A stretch of DNA of 62,634 nucleotides, counting the filler, from Sphacelaria rigidula (lineage: Eukaryota): NCBI GenBank assembly GCA_964200075.2. It is 8 parts of 8 records of this genome, joined end to end, with 100 filler letters (N's around TTAATTAATTAA, not from the genome) between each part and the next. Parts side by side here need not be neighbours in the genome. Positions count along the whole stretch, not along the records: positions 47,054 to 54,794 come from CAXNAA020013605.1; positions 54,895 to 62,634 come from CAXNAA020013606.1; 6 more parts are not named here. The stretch is one strand, 5' to 3'. The stretch's first letter is position 1. Each line of letters starts with the position of its first letter. Shown here piece after piece: positions 49,480-62,634 of the stretch. Made by a program: the position numbers and the translations under genes. The notes under the pieces are model-generated. The model ran no database searches, had not been told where the DNA came from, and worked only from the letters and a program-made list of their open reading frames with translations.

Positions 49480-50145
49480 GTGCATGCACACACAACATCA
49501 GAGTACAGGTGCTGTCAATACGTAAATCGTGGACGCCGTGTTTCAGAGAACGGCTGTGTATTTGATAGATGAGCTCTCGATCATGCACAGCAGCGATTGG
49601 TTCCAAGTCTCATTAAGCTGATGTTTGGAGGGCAATCCCAAGAGGACATCAAAGCGCGACGCCCATCCATGCCTTGGACTGCAGGAAAGTGACCTAACAC
49701 ATCGTGACCCCCATTGCAATGGCAATCGTGACAGCGGCCAACCTTCCTGATGACCAAAAGTCCGTAGTAAGCATGGACGGGCCCGGATGTTTTCTCTGCG
49801 TCGCGTGAAAGCTCAGAGCGCTCTTGTCGAGTAGAACGAACGTCGCCCGGAGGAAACACTTGCCGGTGCTGTTTACTCTCGAGTGAACGGCGATACCTTG
49901 AATGACGGCTAGGTCGTCAGGACAACCATCTCAGGCGGTGTTTAAGTGACAACTGGTTTCTGGCACGGTGTCAAGGTAGATAACCGAAAGCTGCTCATGT
50001 GAAGCCCGTGGTCAATACTCTCAGAACCCTGTCCCGTCATGTATATATAGTGTATGTATACATATCTATTTGTATATTCATACCGTTTCCTCTCTCGTCC
50101 AATCTCCCGCCGCCACCTATCGTCATACTACAATAACTGGTGCAG

Positions 50146-50217
50146 CTTCATTTTAGCCACTTTAAGGATCTGGACCGACGCTTCCCCAAGATGTTCTACC
50201 CGGTGGCTAATCTTCAG
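50146..50217 (+). CDS. EF-hand protein, exon B
   Basis: 72 bp, CAG acceptor, CAG|GTGAAA donor. Encodes LHFSHFKDLDRRFPKMFYPVANLQ in frame with exon A. Confidence 0.75.
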
Positions 50218-51675
50218 GTGAAATATGCGACACTTTGTTTTGTACATTGGATTACCCGAATTAACGCCAAGTGCACGTGGGGATCGTAGCAGCTACTTGG
50301 GTAACCGTGTTGCAGCGGAGAGGGGACATGGAAATTTTCAACCGAGTATTTTCAAAGTCTGTGTCTTGTCGGCCGTTGTCCAAATGGCAACTACACTCCA
50401 CTGCTTGGACAAAGCATGTATTTTAGGCTCTGCGTCCAATCCCTGCATACGTCAATCGTCGACGACGGGTGCTTGAATACCAGTGCATCAGTAATCACAA
50501 GCGTGTACCCCGAGTACTCGTGTACCAGTGCGTCGATCAACAATGGTAGATCCACATACTTTGTACAATTGGCCGTGCAATAACTGCAGAAAAACAGGTG
50601 AATCTGACTGAACCACGAGTCGTGGCATCTGAATTGGTTGTATTCACATCTGCCTTGAACATGCAAGGGCGGGTCTTGAAAGCAGGCGAGTAGACAGACC
50701 GCACTCCACTTTATGGACGTGTTGCTGTGCGGTGGGTTACCCTGAACCAATCGTTGATGTCCCGAGGCGCGATATCTAGTTTACACAAGCATTCTATGCC
50801 ATCCTTTCCATCTCATGTGGAGTTCTTTACAATTGTCCGTTGTAGTCAGAGAACGTGAGAAAACAAAGTAGTCGACTGGGTTAGTGTGACGTGAGTTGAC
50901 GCGGTGCGGGAGTACTGACCCAATCCGCGAGACCAAAATGAGAGACGCGTACCGGGGGAGAGATGGGTCAATCCCTTGAGATTACGGACTCATCCCGAGG
51001 AAGGGGAGGGGTTTAAAGTGCGAGGAAAACAAATAAAAGGCTCAGCCCTTCCCCCTACCCTCTTCGAGGAAGGTCCACATCTCAGGGGATCGACCCATAC
51101 CTCCCTCAGTATACAATTGCACCTAACGAATGAAAATACGCTCGGTTCGGACCAATAAACCGGCTGCTCACCTTCCCCGAAGTTGAAGAAACCATATCGT
51201 ATTTCCCCCACGGAGTTGGTTTCCAGCGTATGTATGCTCAGATGATCTCGCTACAGAAGCTGACCAGTCTCGGAACTCCATTTATAGCTTGCGCAACAAC
51301 ACCCCCGAAACTACTCAAAAAGCCGAGAGAATATAATTGTTTTTTTTTCGAAACTGTCTGATCAAATTATGTGGACATCTACAGCATATATACTGAGGAA
51401 AATCAGAACGGGTTTCTCGATCCGTCTATTCATCCGCCGCTTCATCCACGTAATTGTTCACGCGTGTTGCGGTGCGTGGGGTACTCTCCGCGATCTAATC
51501 CACCTACAAGTAGGTGTACACGGCATCACGTTCTCAGTCAGGGGCGGCGCACACGACGATCCTACGTCGTATATATATATTTGTCTGTACAGCAGCACTT
51601 TGTCGATTTTCCGATCTTCGAGGTGCACATTTACTGAAGTTGAAAGTTGACGTGCGATGGTGTGACGCGTGACAG

Positions 51676-51789
51676 ATCGAGATGCGCAAGAGGTTTCTGG
51701 GAGAGGAGTACTGGACGAGGAAAATGCACTTGTTCAACGAGGTTCGGCAAAATATCATCAAAGCCGCGGACGGTTCGGCCACCAAAGCG
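51676..51789 (+). CDS. EF-hand protein, exon C
   Basis: 114 bp, CAG acceptor, GCG|GTAAGC donor. Encodes IEMRKRFLGEEYWTRKMHLFNEVRQNIIKAADGSATKA in frame with exon B. Confidence 0.75.
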
Positions 51790-54135
51790 GTAAGCTGGAA
51801 GCCCGACTCTTACTAGGGACGCATGAACCGACGTACCCCAAATGCCCAACTCGTGAAATCAGCTTGACGTGATATCTGACAAATGGTCACGTCTTTGCCA
51901 TACGTTAGCCTCTCTGAAAAACAACACGCAACATTGTTTAATGCATTTCTGTCATACCTCTGACGTCTTCCCTTGCTGGGGACGTATTCTCAGTTGATAA
52001 AGCCATCCCTCAGTTTGCGCGTGCCCAGCCGGTGATTTGTTATCGAAGTTGTGTTATTGCACTCTGCCCACGCCCCCACGTTGTTCACGTCAAGAATCAG
52101 ATTCTATTTACAACACATCATGTGTATATGGACCCACGAATGCCTGATTGTTTCTTTAACTGACTGATTTATTGTCGCGCATTAAGCGAACTGCTACGGG
52201 CTCATGTGTGATTGTCACAAGACAGAGGAGGACGATGCCTTAACTGGCCGTTGGTGTACTGTCTACCAGTTTGACCATCGGGTGCTCAACGATCAACACA
52301 TGATATTATAATAACATCTGGATACTGAATATTGCCATAAATATCCACATGAACATCTCGCCATGTACGAAAATGTGGTGAGTGCTCGACTGCACTACTG
52401 TCCAGTGAGCGATTTGATTAGAAGGCATTCAGTCGGTGTGAACAACGTGTACAACTACAGTAAAAGACAACGAGTCTTCGAGAAACGCTTCCCATAACTT
52501 ACCCGTTTAGTGGGTAGTATCCATTACTGTACCGATGTCCTGATACGTAATTTTCACGCCTAGTCTACGCGCTTCGCAACAATAGCCTCTTGCGTCGCCC
52601 TCGCTGTTTCGTTCATCCAACAAAAATCGCATAAGACACAAGTAGAGCAATTACTCCAGGCACCCAGTAGTGCACACCCTGGACAACAGGTTACATTGCC
52701 AATAGTGTACTGCGTACAGTATGGGCTTTTGCGCCTATTGCAATAGACACTAGATTCCATACTATATGCAGTGAGTGTATCGCCAATGTTATCTTCTGTC
52801 CAGGGTGTGCAGTGCTGTACAACCCGGGACGGATGCGCCGCGCGGTCAGGTTGGAGGTCGAGCACGACTATCGTTACAGCTATGGTGCTGTTGACCGACA
52901 AATTTGCGCCCCCCGAATACGTTCCTGGTAACATGACGATCGTTCTCTGACGGCGGGCTTTTAATGGGCCAGCGGCCCCATTCATCACCATCGCGGGGAT
53001 ATTATCTCATTCGGAAACGCCCGCACCCCAGTGTGGTTCTCCGAGGATGTCACGCTACCGATTGACATTGATGACCCAACGTTAGACATACTTAGTCGTC
53101 TGCAATCTGTGTACATGTCCGTTAGAGGTAGGGTTCGTGCACGCAGCAAAGCAGCAATTTATTCCAGTAAAACATCAGGTCGTTTATTGATGTAATAGCC
53201 GAGAATAACATACCTTCAGAGGAGTCTGGGGAGTTCATCGTGCATGTGCGTGCTGCCCCTCCCAGCTTTTCACCCCCCACTGTGGTCGTTCTCAGCTTGG
53301 TTCAGGCCTTTGAAAGCGAGGGTAGTCGACTTGTTGAGTCGGCATGTGCCTGCATCGTGTTTCATTCGCCAAGACACCGTACATGGGTATCAACCAAGAT
53401 GAGTGGTCGATTCATGTGCTTGTGGTCAGAGGGTTGGAGTTGAGCAGCTCGCCCCACGTGTTCCAATTACATGTCATCGTCAGACCGTTCTACGCAAAAA
53501 TCATGTACGCTGTGACCCCGTACAAATAGCATGCGGACCGACACGCATGGCACATTCTACACAAGCGCGGATTGCATCATCCAATTAATATCTGCCTGAT
53601 GAATCGACGAAATCGGAAAATAACACGGGATCTTACAGATTGGGGATAGACCTTTTATTGGGAATGAGAAACCCGGAGAAATAAAATCTTCGTATCCACA
53701 CCAAATCTCCGAAATATGGTTCCATTTCTTCACCTACTGATAGCTATTGAAAACTGCTACACGCCAAAAAACAAATTGATTTCGATCACCGAAATGTTGG
53801 TGTCCTAGGTGAAAAAACAATTTTGGGGAATTTCGGGTGTCCGAACGGACGCCAAAATGGTTCCGAAATTGGCTTTTCACATAGGACCCCAACATTTCGG
53901 TAATCGAAATCCAAATTTCCATGATGTGTAGCAGTTGTCAATAGCTATTAGTAGGTAAATAAATGAACCATATATTTTTTTGTTCGAAGACGTGCAAACC
54001 GCCAATGCTTAATTTTGAGATTCTTTTTTTGCACAGGCATCCAATACAGCTTTTTTTACCTGAGCGATCAAGGGTCTGTCGAGAGGAATTTTTCGGACTC
54101 GGAGCCCCCCCCCCCCCCCTCCACCACCTCCCCTG

Positions 54136-54198
54136 CTCCGTCTCGAAAGGAATGCGTGGTCAATGGTCGAACGACTAAGGCAAGCAACAAATGAGTAC
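54136..54198 (+). mobile_element. 63-bp element copy 4, inside a C tract of another repeat
   Basis: ctccgtctcgaaaggaatgcgtggtcaatggtcgaacgactaaggcaagcaacaaatgagtac between poly-C and (GCC)n. Confidence 0.9.
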
Positions 54199-57100
54199 GC
54201 CGCCGCCGCCCCTTCTGGAGGGCAATTTTTCGAAAATTGTCATGATTTTCTACTTTTTTTTTCGTGATTGTTTTGTGAACTGCTTGTTGAAACTGTTGAA
54301 AAATATCTATGAACAAACCCTGGCAAAAACCGAAAAGTCTGGCGGGCTTCGCGAGGGTCGTATATTTGCTTCTGCTCCTTGCTCGCCCTGTCCCGATGAC
54401 CTCGGATGCCGACAACGCTCACACACATCGATGTACAACGCACGAGCGCACGGTAGCGACAGTCTGTAGCCAAAGCAGCAACATTATCTCACGCCTCGCC
54501 AAATTTACCCGGACTACTATTGGTAGGTAGTCGAGGCACACGACACAGAAGATGATCCCATAAATGTACCCATGGTGGGTGATAAGCTTGGAGGGGTGGT
54601 GTGCCCGTCATCTCAGAGGTCTTCATGCCAATAATATCTGTACACGGCAGCTGACCGCATCCGCAAACGCCTCGACAATAAACTAGCGGACAGTAGGCTG
54701 AGTGTGCCCCCCCCCCCCTCCCCCCACACGCCACGGCGTCCGGGTCCCAGCCCGAACGCGCAAAGCCGCGCCCAAAGCACGCGAGCCACCCCCCNNNNNN
54801 NNNNNNNNNNNNNNNNNNNNNNNNNNNNNNNNNNNNNNTTAATTAATTAANNNNNNNNNNNNNNNNNNNNNNNNNNNNNNNNNNNNNNNNNNNNCCCCTC
54901 CCCTCCTTCTACGGCCCCAGAATCAGGTTTTGGCCCCTTGGACCAGCGTGCAGCTGCTTGATGCTTGACGCTGTCTCCTGTCTGCCCGAGAGATAGCAGT
55001 TTGCAACTTATAGTCTGCGGCATACCGGGAAGCAAGTCCTGTACGTGTACTTGAAAACAGGCGTGGAAGTCGCTGGGACCAGTGCGGCACGACCCAGCGG
55101 GAATTTGCCGGGAAATGACTCGCGTCTCAGCGCCGGCTTGCTGCGGGCCCTTGCGAATGTAAGGCGACGGCGATAACACAAACACGATTCTGCTTCAATA
55201 CAACTTTACGCTTCCGTGCAACGACACATCACCATACCTCGGGTGCGTGCGGCAGACCTTCATCTTAGAGCCATTTCTAGCAAGGGCCCAGTCGAGACCA
55301 CTCCGGTTTCACCGCCGCAACCCAAGACCAACGTCACAAACACCGAAATACGTTGGAAACGGAAGCGCCCTGGGCACAGAGCAGTCTATTCAATATATTC
55401 GTCCGTCATAGCTCTAGTGGCACAAGCTATCGTGGACCCCGTTTTGGAGGTCGAAAACGGGCGCTTGCATACACCATATTGCGGCTATGTGTCTGTGACA
55501 ACGGCATAGATGTGCCACCATCAACGTTCCCAGAATGGAATTCTTCGAACCCGAACCTACGAAGCAGCAGCCTCGGGGGGAGATGGGGATATTATCCTTG
55601 TGGTATCGCAAAATAATGCTGCATTTATCCCACAGCGGGATGCATGCAACGTTTCCGCCCACCGCAGACGCCCACGAAACACGGTACGTGCGCCCTCCTC
55701 CCTTTGTACCGATCCCTCTTTCAAAGACAATAAATGCCTGTTCACTCATCATCATGCCCCGACGTGGTGATGCCTGGGCACACTGCTCGCTGCATCGTAC
55801 GGTACGATACTCCACTGCATTGTCTGGGTTCTCCTCAGTATACGGACTGACCATATTCAAAGTTGAAAACGCCGAACTAGCGTACACTCAACTTGAAAGG
55901 CGGGCAGGAAAAAGGATCCCGCTTGTCGTTCCTGGACTGCACTTATTTCCGAATGTACACACGCGAAAGATGGATGTATCACTGCACTGCATACAATCGT
56001 GGAAAGGGTTGTGCTCCATCCGCCTACGGGTTAACAACCCCACACGTATCATGACGGCGAGAGCTACCAAAACGTTACTCTGCGGCAACTTTCCGCACGG
56101 TGAGCTACCTTCGACGCCTCGCTGATACCTTCAAGATGTCGATTTTCGGCTGCACATGGGCAGGCGGTGCGCTGATTGAACGGAATTTGGTTTCATGAAT
56201 CGGCGTGCTGCGTTGTGCCTGCCACGTGACTTCCTCCGACTTGCTGTGTTGCGCAAGACTGGGGTTGTTAGTTGACCACTACACTGTCCGTTATACAGGT
56301 GTGTCTTGTCCTGCCCCAGCCCAGCAAAGCTGTCTTCCAACTTCCGGCTTTTTTTTCACCCTCACAGCGCCAGTATGCGCGCCGGTTGAGATCTTGATAA
56401 AAGTGTGAGACGAGCCCCAGACCGCTAAAGAATAATACAATGGGCCTGTTTCTGATCCCAAAACGGGCTTGCGTATCCACCTCTACGAATGGACAAATGA
56501 GACACAGTCGCGTCACAAAAGGATAAACCGAACCACAGCAAAGCCAAATGGAACAAAAAAAAGACACAAAAGAAAATACAATGAAATCAAGGCGGCGAAA
56601 AACATCCAGCAAGGTGCAGTGGCGAGACAGCAGGGAAGAACGAACACGAGAACAAATAAACAGACGGAGCAAACAGCACCAGAGCGTGTGGTACTACCGC
56701 GCGATCGGCGGCAAATGGAATACGCCCATTCGGTTAGCTGGTGTGTCTGGTTGTCCTCCTATATTATGCTTTTCTCCTGTTCTACTTTCACGGGAAGCCA
56801 CACACAGCCATGGTACCAAAAGACAAAATACAAGGAAAATGATACGCCCACGGACCTGATTACATAGACCCCGGAGGACGGGGTTCTTCAAATACGTTGA
56901 GAACGAATGAAATATGCACAAAATAAACACAGTTCTCGTGAAATAAATAATAAAGCAAGAAACAATCGTCGGTTACATGGTACGCGGGCCGGAAGAGGCC
57001 AAATAGGCAAATCGGGGAACTCCACATGTCCACATACCGAACAAGTCACGACAGGACAAGGTAAGGCAAGGCAAGGCGCGACAAAAGACAAAGGATGATA

Positions 57101-57274
57101 GGATCCAAGTGTAAGCCTACAAAAAATGAAAAAATGAAAAGCAAAACTAGACCAAACCGAACAAAAAAACAACACCAGAGAAAAGGAAAGGAAGGGAAGG
57201 GTGCAAAGGAAGGAGATACTAAAATAATAATAGTAATTACAACACAAGCGGGAGCGGGAGAGGGGATGGTGTCA

Positions 57275-60200
57275 TCAGTTGCTCACGAATCTCGCAACGC
57301 GCCCTACCTCCTCCATCTTCATTTCTTCTCTGCCAGTGCTGCAGGGGGGCTCCCATCCCCCTCCCGATTCACTTTCCTTTCTTCTCCCGTCCCCCTTGCC
57401 GTTTGGCTTTCCTTTCGATCCGTCAGCAACCTCGCCCTCCCTCGTTCGGTCATTCGCTTCATTCTCCGCTCTCTCTCCAACCGGTGGTTTGCTGATGCTT
57501 CCCGTTCTCGTTGGTGCCATTTTGCTGTGACCTTTCCCTCCCTACCTCCATTTTTTCGTACCATTTGTCCAGTCCTTTGGCGCTCATTTTCCACCTCTCT
57601 CCTATTCCCCTCTTTATCTATGTCGAAGACCTCAAGGTTCTCGTCTAGGATGTGCATCAAGTCGCGCTCTTGCTCCTCTCTGCACATATTTCCCCCCTTC
57701 AACGTTGCTAGCATGACGCACTCTGGAAGTCGGTCATCTCCCATGCGCATGAAGAATCCTGCGAAGAGTAGTCTCAACTTGCGCACGGTGACCTCGACGG
57801 CCTCGGTGCAGTCGGCCTTGAAAAGGGCATCGACGTGGGATATGGGGCGGTCTGTGCGCGTCCTCTTGTTGCACCCGATGCAGCGCATGTGGAACTGGCG
57901 GAGGACCCCGTTGAGCTTGGTGAAGTGCTTCGATCTCAGCTTCCACGTCGTGCACCCCTACAGGAGGGTATCAACCACTTCGGCGTGGAGCAGTCGTACT
58001 TTGAGCCAGAGGGGGAACTCCCGACGGTCGAACATTAAGTGGTCATTCCGCCTGTAGCATCCTCATGCTCGGCACAGAAGACTTGACATCTCCTCGTCCA
58101 CCCTCCCGTCCTTGCAAGTAGCCCCCGCGAGGCACACAAAAATGGTCTGCTTGTATACCTGACCGCCAGCGTTGACCCTGAATGGGCGCTCCTCCATACC
58201 TTTCGGGAGTAAGCACTTGATATGCGTCTTCGGCTCCGACGCCATCAGTCCAAACAAACGGAAACGCGTACGATGGTTGATATCACTTCCTCGAGGCTCT
58301 CCGGTGATCGCGAAACAATACCCTCGTCATCGGAATATAGCATGCCTCAGCAGCGGCTCCACGGCCTCCGCCATCGTGGCCTTCCCTTCTTTCCTGGTTT
58401 TCTTTCGATCTTCACCATGTTCGCCATCATCTCGTCGTCTTTAGCAATGTCGTCTACCGACACCATGAGCATTGTGGCGAAGAAAAGGCTGAACAGTAGC
58501 AGTGCCAGGTTTCACCCCTGTCGGAGCTCCTGGACCACGTCGAGCCAGTCGGTGCACGTCCCATCGTCCATCCGGACATGCGCCCTCATACCGTTGTGAA
58601 AGTGGCGGATGACCGCTGGCATCTTGGGGCCATGCCGAACCTCTTGATCATGGTACACAGCAACTTTCGGTCGACGGAGTCGTATGTCTTGGTGAGATCG
58701 ATGAAGCACGCATACAGCGGGGTGTACTTCTTCCGCGCCAGCTTGTGGGGTCGCTGGACCACGAAGATCATGTCGTAGGTCGAGCGGGCTGGATGGAATC
58801 TGTTTTGCTTCTCCGGAAGGATGCCCTCGCGCTCGCAGCAGTTGCTCAAGCGTGTAGCATCGAGCTTGAGTCGTACTTTGCCGGCGTGTGCCACGAAGGA
58901 AATGCTTCGGTATTTGCCACACATGCTCCGGTAGTTACCGCACCTCAATGGTGGCATCCTTCCACTGAAATGGGTGCCCCCTTCCACTACTGTGGCATCT
59001 ATCGTGTCTGCCATATGGTGACGATGATACCGTGAAGTCGCCAGGGAGGTCTTGGTTTCCATCGAGGAATAGGTTGATGCTCTTCGCGGGAAGCTAGTCC
59101 GACTCTGCTGCTTGTCTATTGGCCATCCCCCGCATCACCTCCTCGACCTCGAACCTGAACGGTATATCGTTGAGCGGCAGACATTAGGCCACTGGTTGAC
59201 CTGCTCGGTCATTCGCGGGTCAAGGATTGGCAACATGGTATTGAGAACCGCTTAGCAGCTTGCCGTCCTCATCCACTACTTTCTGTAAAGTAAAGGGGTG
59301 CTTCCTTCCACGTCTGGCGTCTTCATGTGCTTGTAAAATCCGGTCGTTTTTCCTTCATAGCTTCTCTTCTCGAACTGCGTCACAAGCCCCTCGAAGAACT
59401 CAAGCACTGCCATGTCTCTTCGTATGTTGAGCTCTTTTGCCGCTGCCTTCAGCTGCTTTTGAAGAGCGGTGTCAGTTGGGGCACCACGCTGCTATTGCCG
59501 TGCCGCTTCCCTCGTCTTCCACGTCTCGTGGATCTCACGCTTCCCTTCCTTGCTCGCACACCAGCTCTCCAGTCCTTCTTTGCTCTTAACCTGGGGAGTC
59601 TTCTCCCCGGCTGCAGACAACACGGTATCCATGAGCGCCACGGTCATCTCACCCACGGTCGACCCAGATATGGTAATGGTGGGGAAGCAAAGGATACTAT
59701 GTTAGACTTCACTCCGGAGATTGTCTTCCGCCTTCAGCCGTTCGAGATCGATGGTGGTGCGTCTGCCGTTGTTGTCGCTGCCTCTCGCGTCGGTTGAGAG
59801 CGGTTCGCCCGCGAAGTTGAACGGCAGCGTACACGAGGTTGTGCTCTGAATCTGTGAAGTCCCGCGGCGCACTGAAATATTGCGCACCAGAATCAGATCC
59901 GCTTGGCGAACGACTACGTAGCCAAGGCGATGTTATTCCTTCCCGCCGTTGGCTTGTCGAAACATGTGGAAGATTCCACCCTTGGGTGTGCTGAAGAACG
60001 TGTTGGCGATGGAGAGTTTGTTGTCCTCGACGAAACCGAGCAGTCCTTCCCCGTTGTCATTCAGCGTATAGCACCCGTAAATACTAAGCACCTTGGTATC
60101 ATTACATCCCTTTCCTCTCATACCCGTCCGGGCATTCGTACCCGTCACGACCACAAGGTGGTCACCACGAGGCTCCTCCCGGATTGCGGCATCTACTGCT

Positions 60201-60629
60201 CTCCAGAACTGGTTTTTATCAGTGGCAGTAAAATGTTCTCTGCAAGTGCATATTCAGATATTCCGTCCGATTGGCCGAGCTGCAGTGGTACCTTCATCGG
60301 TTTCGGGCTGATGAATTCAACCACCCTGTCTGCCTTCTCCAATCCGTCCCAGACAGCCTGCCGGACCGCCAACTCCACCTCATGTACTACCTTCTCATCC
60401 TTTGTGCCAGCATGGGCTTCGCTCCACATCACCACGTACCCACATGGGCGATTGAGCCTTGCCCCTCACGTCTAGTCTCTTGGAGTCCGATAACATCACA
60501 TCCCGTCTCGGAAAAAAAATGCACGACGGTTGTGACGTTGTGGCCGATGGGGTTCTTGCCTCTGCTTGGACGGACGTTGATGATACCCACAATCAGCTCG
60601 CCCACGCGTTCCCATGACCTGATGCTCAC
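57275..60629 (-). mobile_element. Near-full-length decayed LINE (APE endonuclease + reverse transcriptase, RTE-like)
   Basis: [92 protein letters not shown]-terminus: TVRKLRLLFAGFFMRMGDDRLPE. Many frameshifts. Confidence 0.92.
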
Positions 60630-60931
60630 TTGTTTCTTTCAGTCCGCCACACGTAGGGGTCGATCTCTCTTTTGTTTTTTTCGGTTCACAGTGTGGAGGA
60701 TACCTCTTTGCAGTGACATATCAGAGACTGATGCCACACATGTATGAAGAGCCAGAGCAAGCAGGTACAAGGTAGGAACGGTCCGGATAGACCAGATTAC
60801 CGAGGACCCTGTGATGTCAACGAAACTAGACAACTCGGGGTGATGCCAGGAAGAGCCTAATATTAGGACGAATCAACCTCCCCCGAGGAACTGGTTGCCT
60901 CCGGCGACCACTCCCTGTCTGACCCAACTTC

Positions 60932-61920
60932 TTGCCTACATCTCACAAGGGGAAATCACCGTCAGCCTCGAAGTTCCTTCGGCATCAGGACGACATCTCT
61001 CAAGACAGCCTCCTCCTTAGTCTGTCTCTCCTTTGCGATACGTCCTTACATTGGCGACACCAGAAAAAAACAACTAAAGCAAGACACTCAGTAGAAGAGC
61101 ACACGACGTTCACCACGCCAAGAAGAAAACCATCCCACAAGAAATCCACCAAGATAACCACTCAAGGAAAGGACACCGCAAGGACCATCGAACATCCCTC
61201 CACGGCTGTCACACCATTGACTTGCACCTCGGCGGCGAAGGCGGTAGAGTCAAGAAGCGTAACCCAACCAGCAGTGCCTGCGCCGGCTGACACGACTCTG
61301 CCAGCCCAACCACCATACAGCCACGAGGAGGAAAATGACAGCGACGACTCCGACGACTCCGAACAGAGTACGGATATCTGTCAAGTGTCCACCGGGCGGT
61401 TCGATGTGTTACACGATTCCACCACATCATCCTCATCTTCTATGCCAACCTCTACATCACAGTCCACCATGAAGGAGAGGGCAGCGAAACTCGCATACAG
61501 GGCGCTGGAAAGGAGCGATGAGGAGGGAACGGAGCCAGCTCCGTGGGTAATGCAGGCATTGGGGTTTATGGTACCGCAGGACAAAGGAATCTCACAGCTA
61601 GCGGAAATGATCGCCGATCATGGCGCAATCATTAAGGACCTCCTGTCGCATTGAAAAGCGATTCAAGGGGAGAGAGGAAGAGCGGAGAAACGGTCTGCTG
61701 GCAGGGATAGGAGCGCGAGTAGATCAGGGGGAGAGATAAAAAGAGTACGCTTCAAGGATAGTAACGATAAGAGTACATCCAATGACAAGCAGTTGAGCGG
61801 TAAAACGAAAAAATCGAGCCGTTGTGAGTACGCACCATACAGATTCAAGAACACACACGAGACAGCAGATTGCCGCCTTCTGCAGAGCCATGTAGAGTTT
61901 TCCAAAACGTACAACCCGTG
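60932..61920 (+). pseudogene. Possible gag-like relic of a retroelement
   Basis: 240-aa low-complexity ORF followed in another frame by a basic stretch (IKRVRFKD) and RCEYAPYRFKNTHETADCR, resembling a degenerate zinc knuckle. Confidence 0.3.
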
Positions 61921-62578
61921 AAGACGCCCGAGACAGAACCCCTCGCCTGATCAGGGCAGAAACTAGGGCTGTGAACGGGGCCAGCTTGTACTGGCAGTTA
62001 CTGGAACTGGAGTTTAACTGGAACTGGTGATGAGGACTCCAGTTTATCCAGTTTATTTGAAGTTTGCACCACCGGCTATGTTTATACCATTGTTATTTTG
62101 TAACAAAGATGCTTACATGATAACGAACGAAATGGCAGTAGGATTGGGGTCTGCACCTGACAACAGTACATGTACAGACAGTACAGTACAATGCTCGTGG
62201 TCACTACACCTCGAAGTGATATTGCGGGTATATGCCAGGTTTGTCGTTTCATCGCACGACATCTGGAATCAAAAACAGCAAACAAACGGGACCATAAAAT
62301 ACAGAGTACACCGTGGCTTGCAATTCAACTGCATACATGCTTGTGGGTCCGGACGTGAATCATTTTGCGCTTTTATCCCCGCGTGCTGCCAGCCTTGGCT
62401 TGTTTGCATCCTCCTCTCCTCACGGCGGGTCTACTGCTGCATATTACAGATGAATGGTCTTCGAATCGCTCACCGCTTTGAATAAAATTTGTATGTCATC
62501 CGAGAGTGCTCAAAATATAATCCGAGACCCTATGCCCCTTTTTTGAATCCTGGAGTTTTTCGGGGGGGAGGGGGGGGC

Positions 62579-62634
62579 GTACTCATTTGCTGCTTGCCTT
62601 AGTCGTTTGACCATTGACCACGCATCCCTTTCGA
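62579..62634 (-). mobile_element. 63-bp element copy 5, cut by window end
   Basis: G run followed by gtactcatttgctgcttgccttagtcgtttgaccattgaccacgcatccctttcga. Confidence 0.9.

Noticed and set aside
53590..53640. Minimal hammerhead ribozyme (CTGATGA-atcgac-GAAA)
   Set aside because: Stems II and III do not pair convincingly, and stem I would be offset from the cleavage site.
7744..54894. Regularly spaced TTAATTAATTAA palindromes as a biological periodic signal
   Set aside because: They sit in the middle of N runs and are assembly linkers with six-frame stops.
54895..55890. Possible minus-strand exons (also candidates near 13835-13985, 14790-14950, 16800-16890, 37430-37610 and 43624-43748)
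   Set aside because: Some plausible splice signals, but no recognisable domain or consistent phase chain to support a call.
57095..58057. 320-aa plus-strand ORF (also 23586-24359, 59903-60475 and the ORFs overlapping 1712-3277 and 39212-42611)
   Set aside because: Antisense or alternate-frame shadows of LINE or host coding sequence.

Overview
This is not one locus. It is eight unrelated contigs of near-identical, descending length (7743, 7742 x5, 7741, 7740 bp) joined by an artificial 100-nt linker (44 N + TTAATTAATTAA + 44 N), so no gene neighbourhood crosses a linker. The DNA is eukaryotic, intron-rich and repeat-rich, most consistent with a brown alga (Phaeophyceae); that assignment is an inference. 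Recognisable coding sequence: a 27-aa-repeat ankyrin-like protein (contig 1), a probable plastid-lumen-targeted exon (contig 2), a WD40 exon (contig 4), two spliced exons of an unknown gene (contig 5), a 3.4-kb acidic exon with eight copies of a helical motif (contig 6) and three exons of an EF-hand gene (contig 7). Mobile DNA dominates: a decayed Ty1/copia element with a half-tRNA-type primer site, a near-full-length decayed APE-RT LINE plus fragments, tRNA-derived SINEs and several MITE or foldback families, some nested with clear target-site duplications. The most unusual signal is a highly conserved 63-bp element found in five of the eight contigs, always embedded in C-rich or CA simple repeats. 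No CRISPR array, rRNA or intact tRNA was seen.
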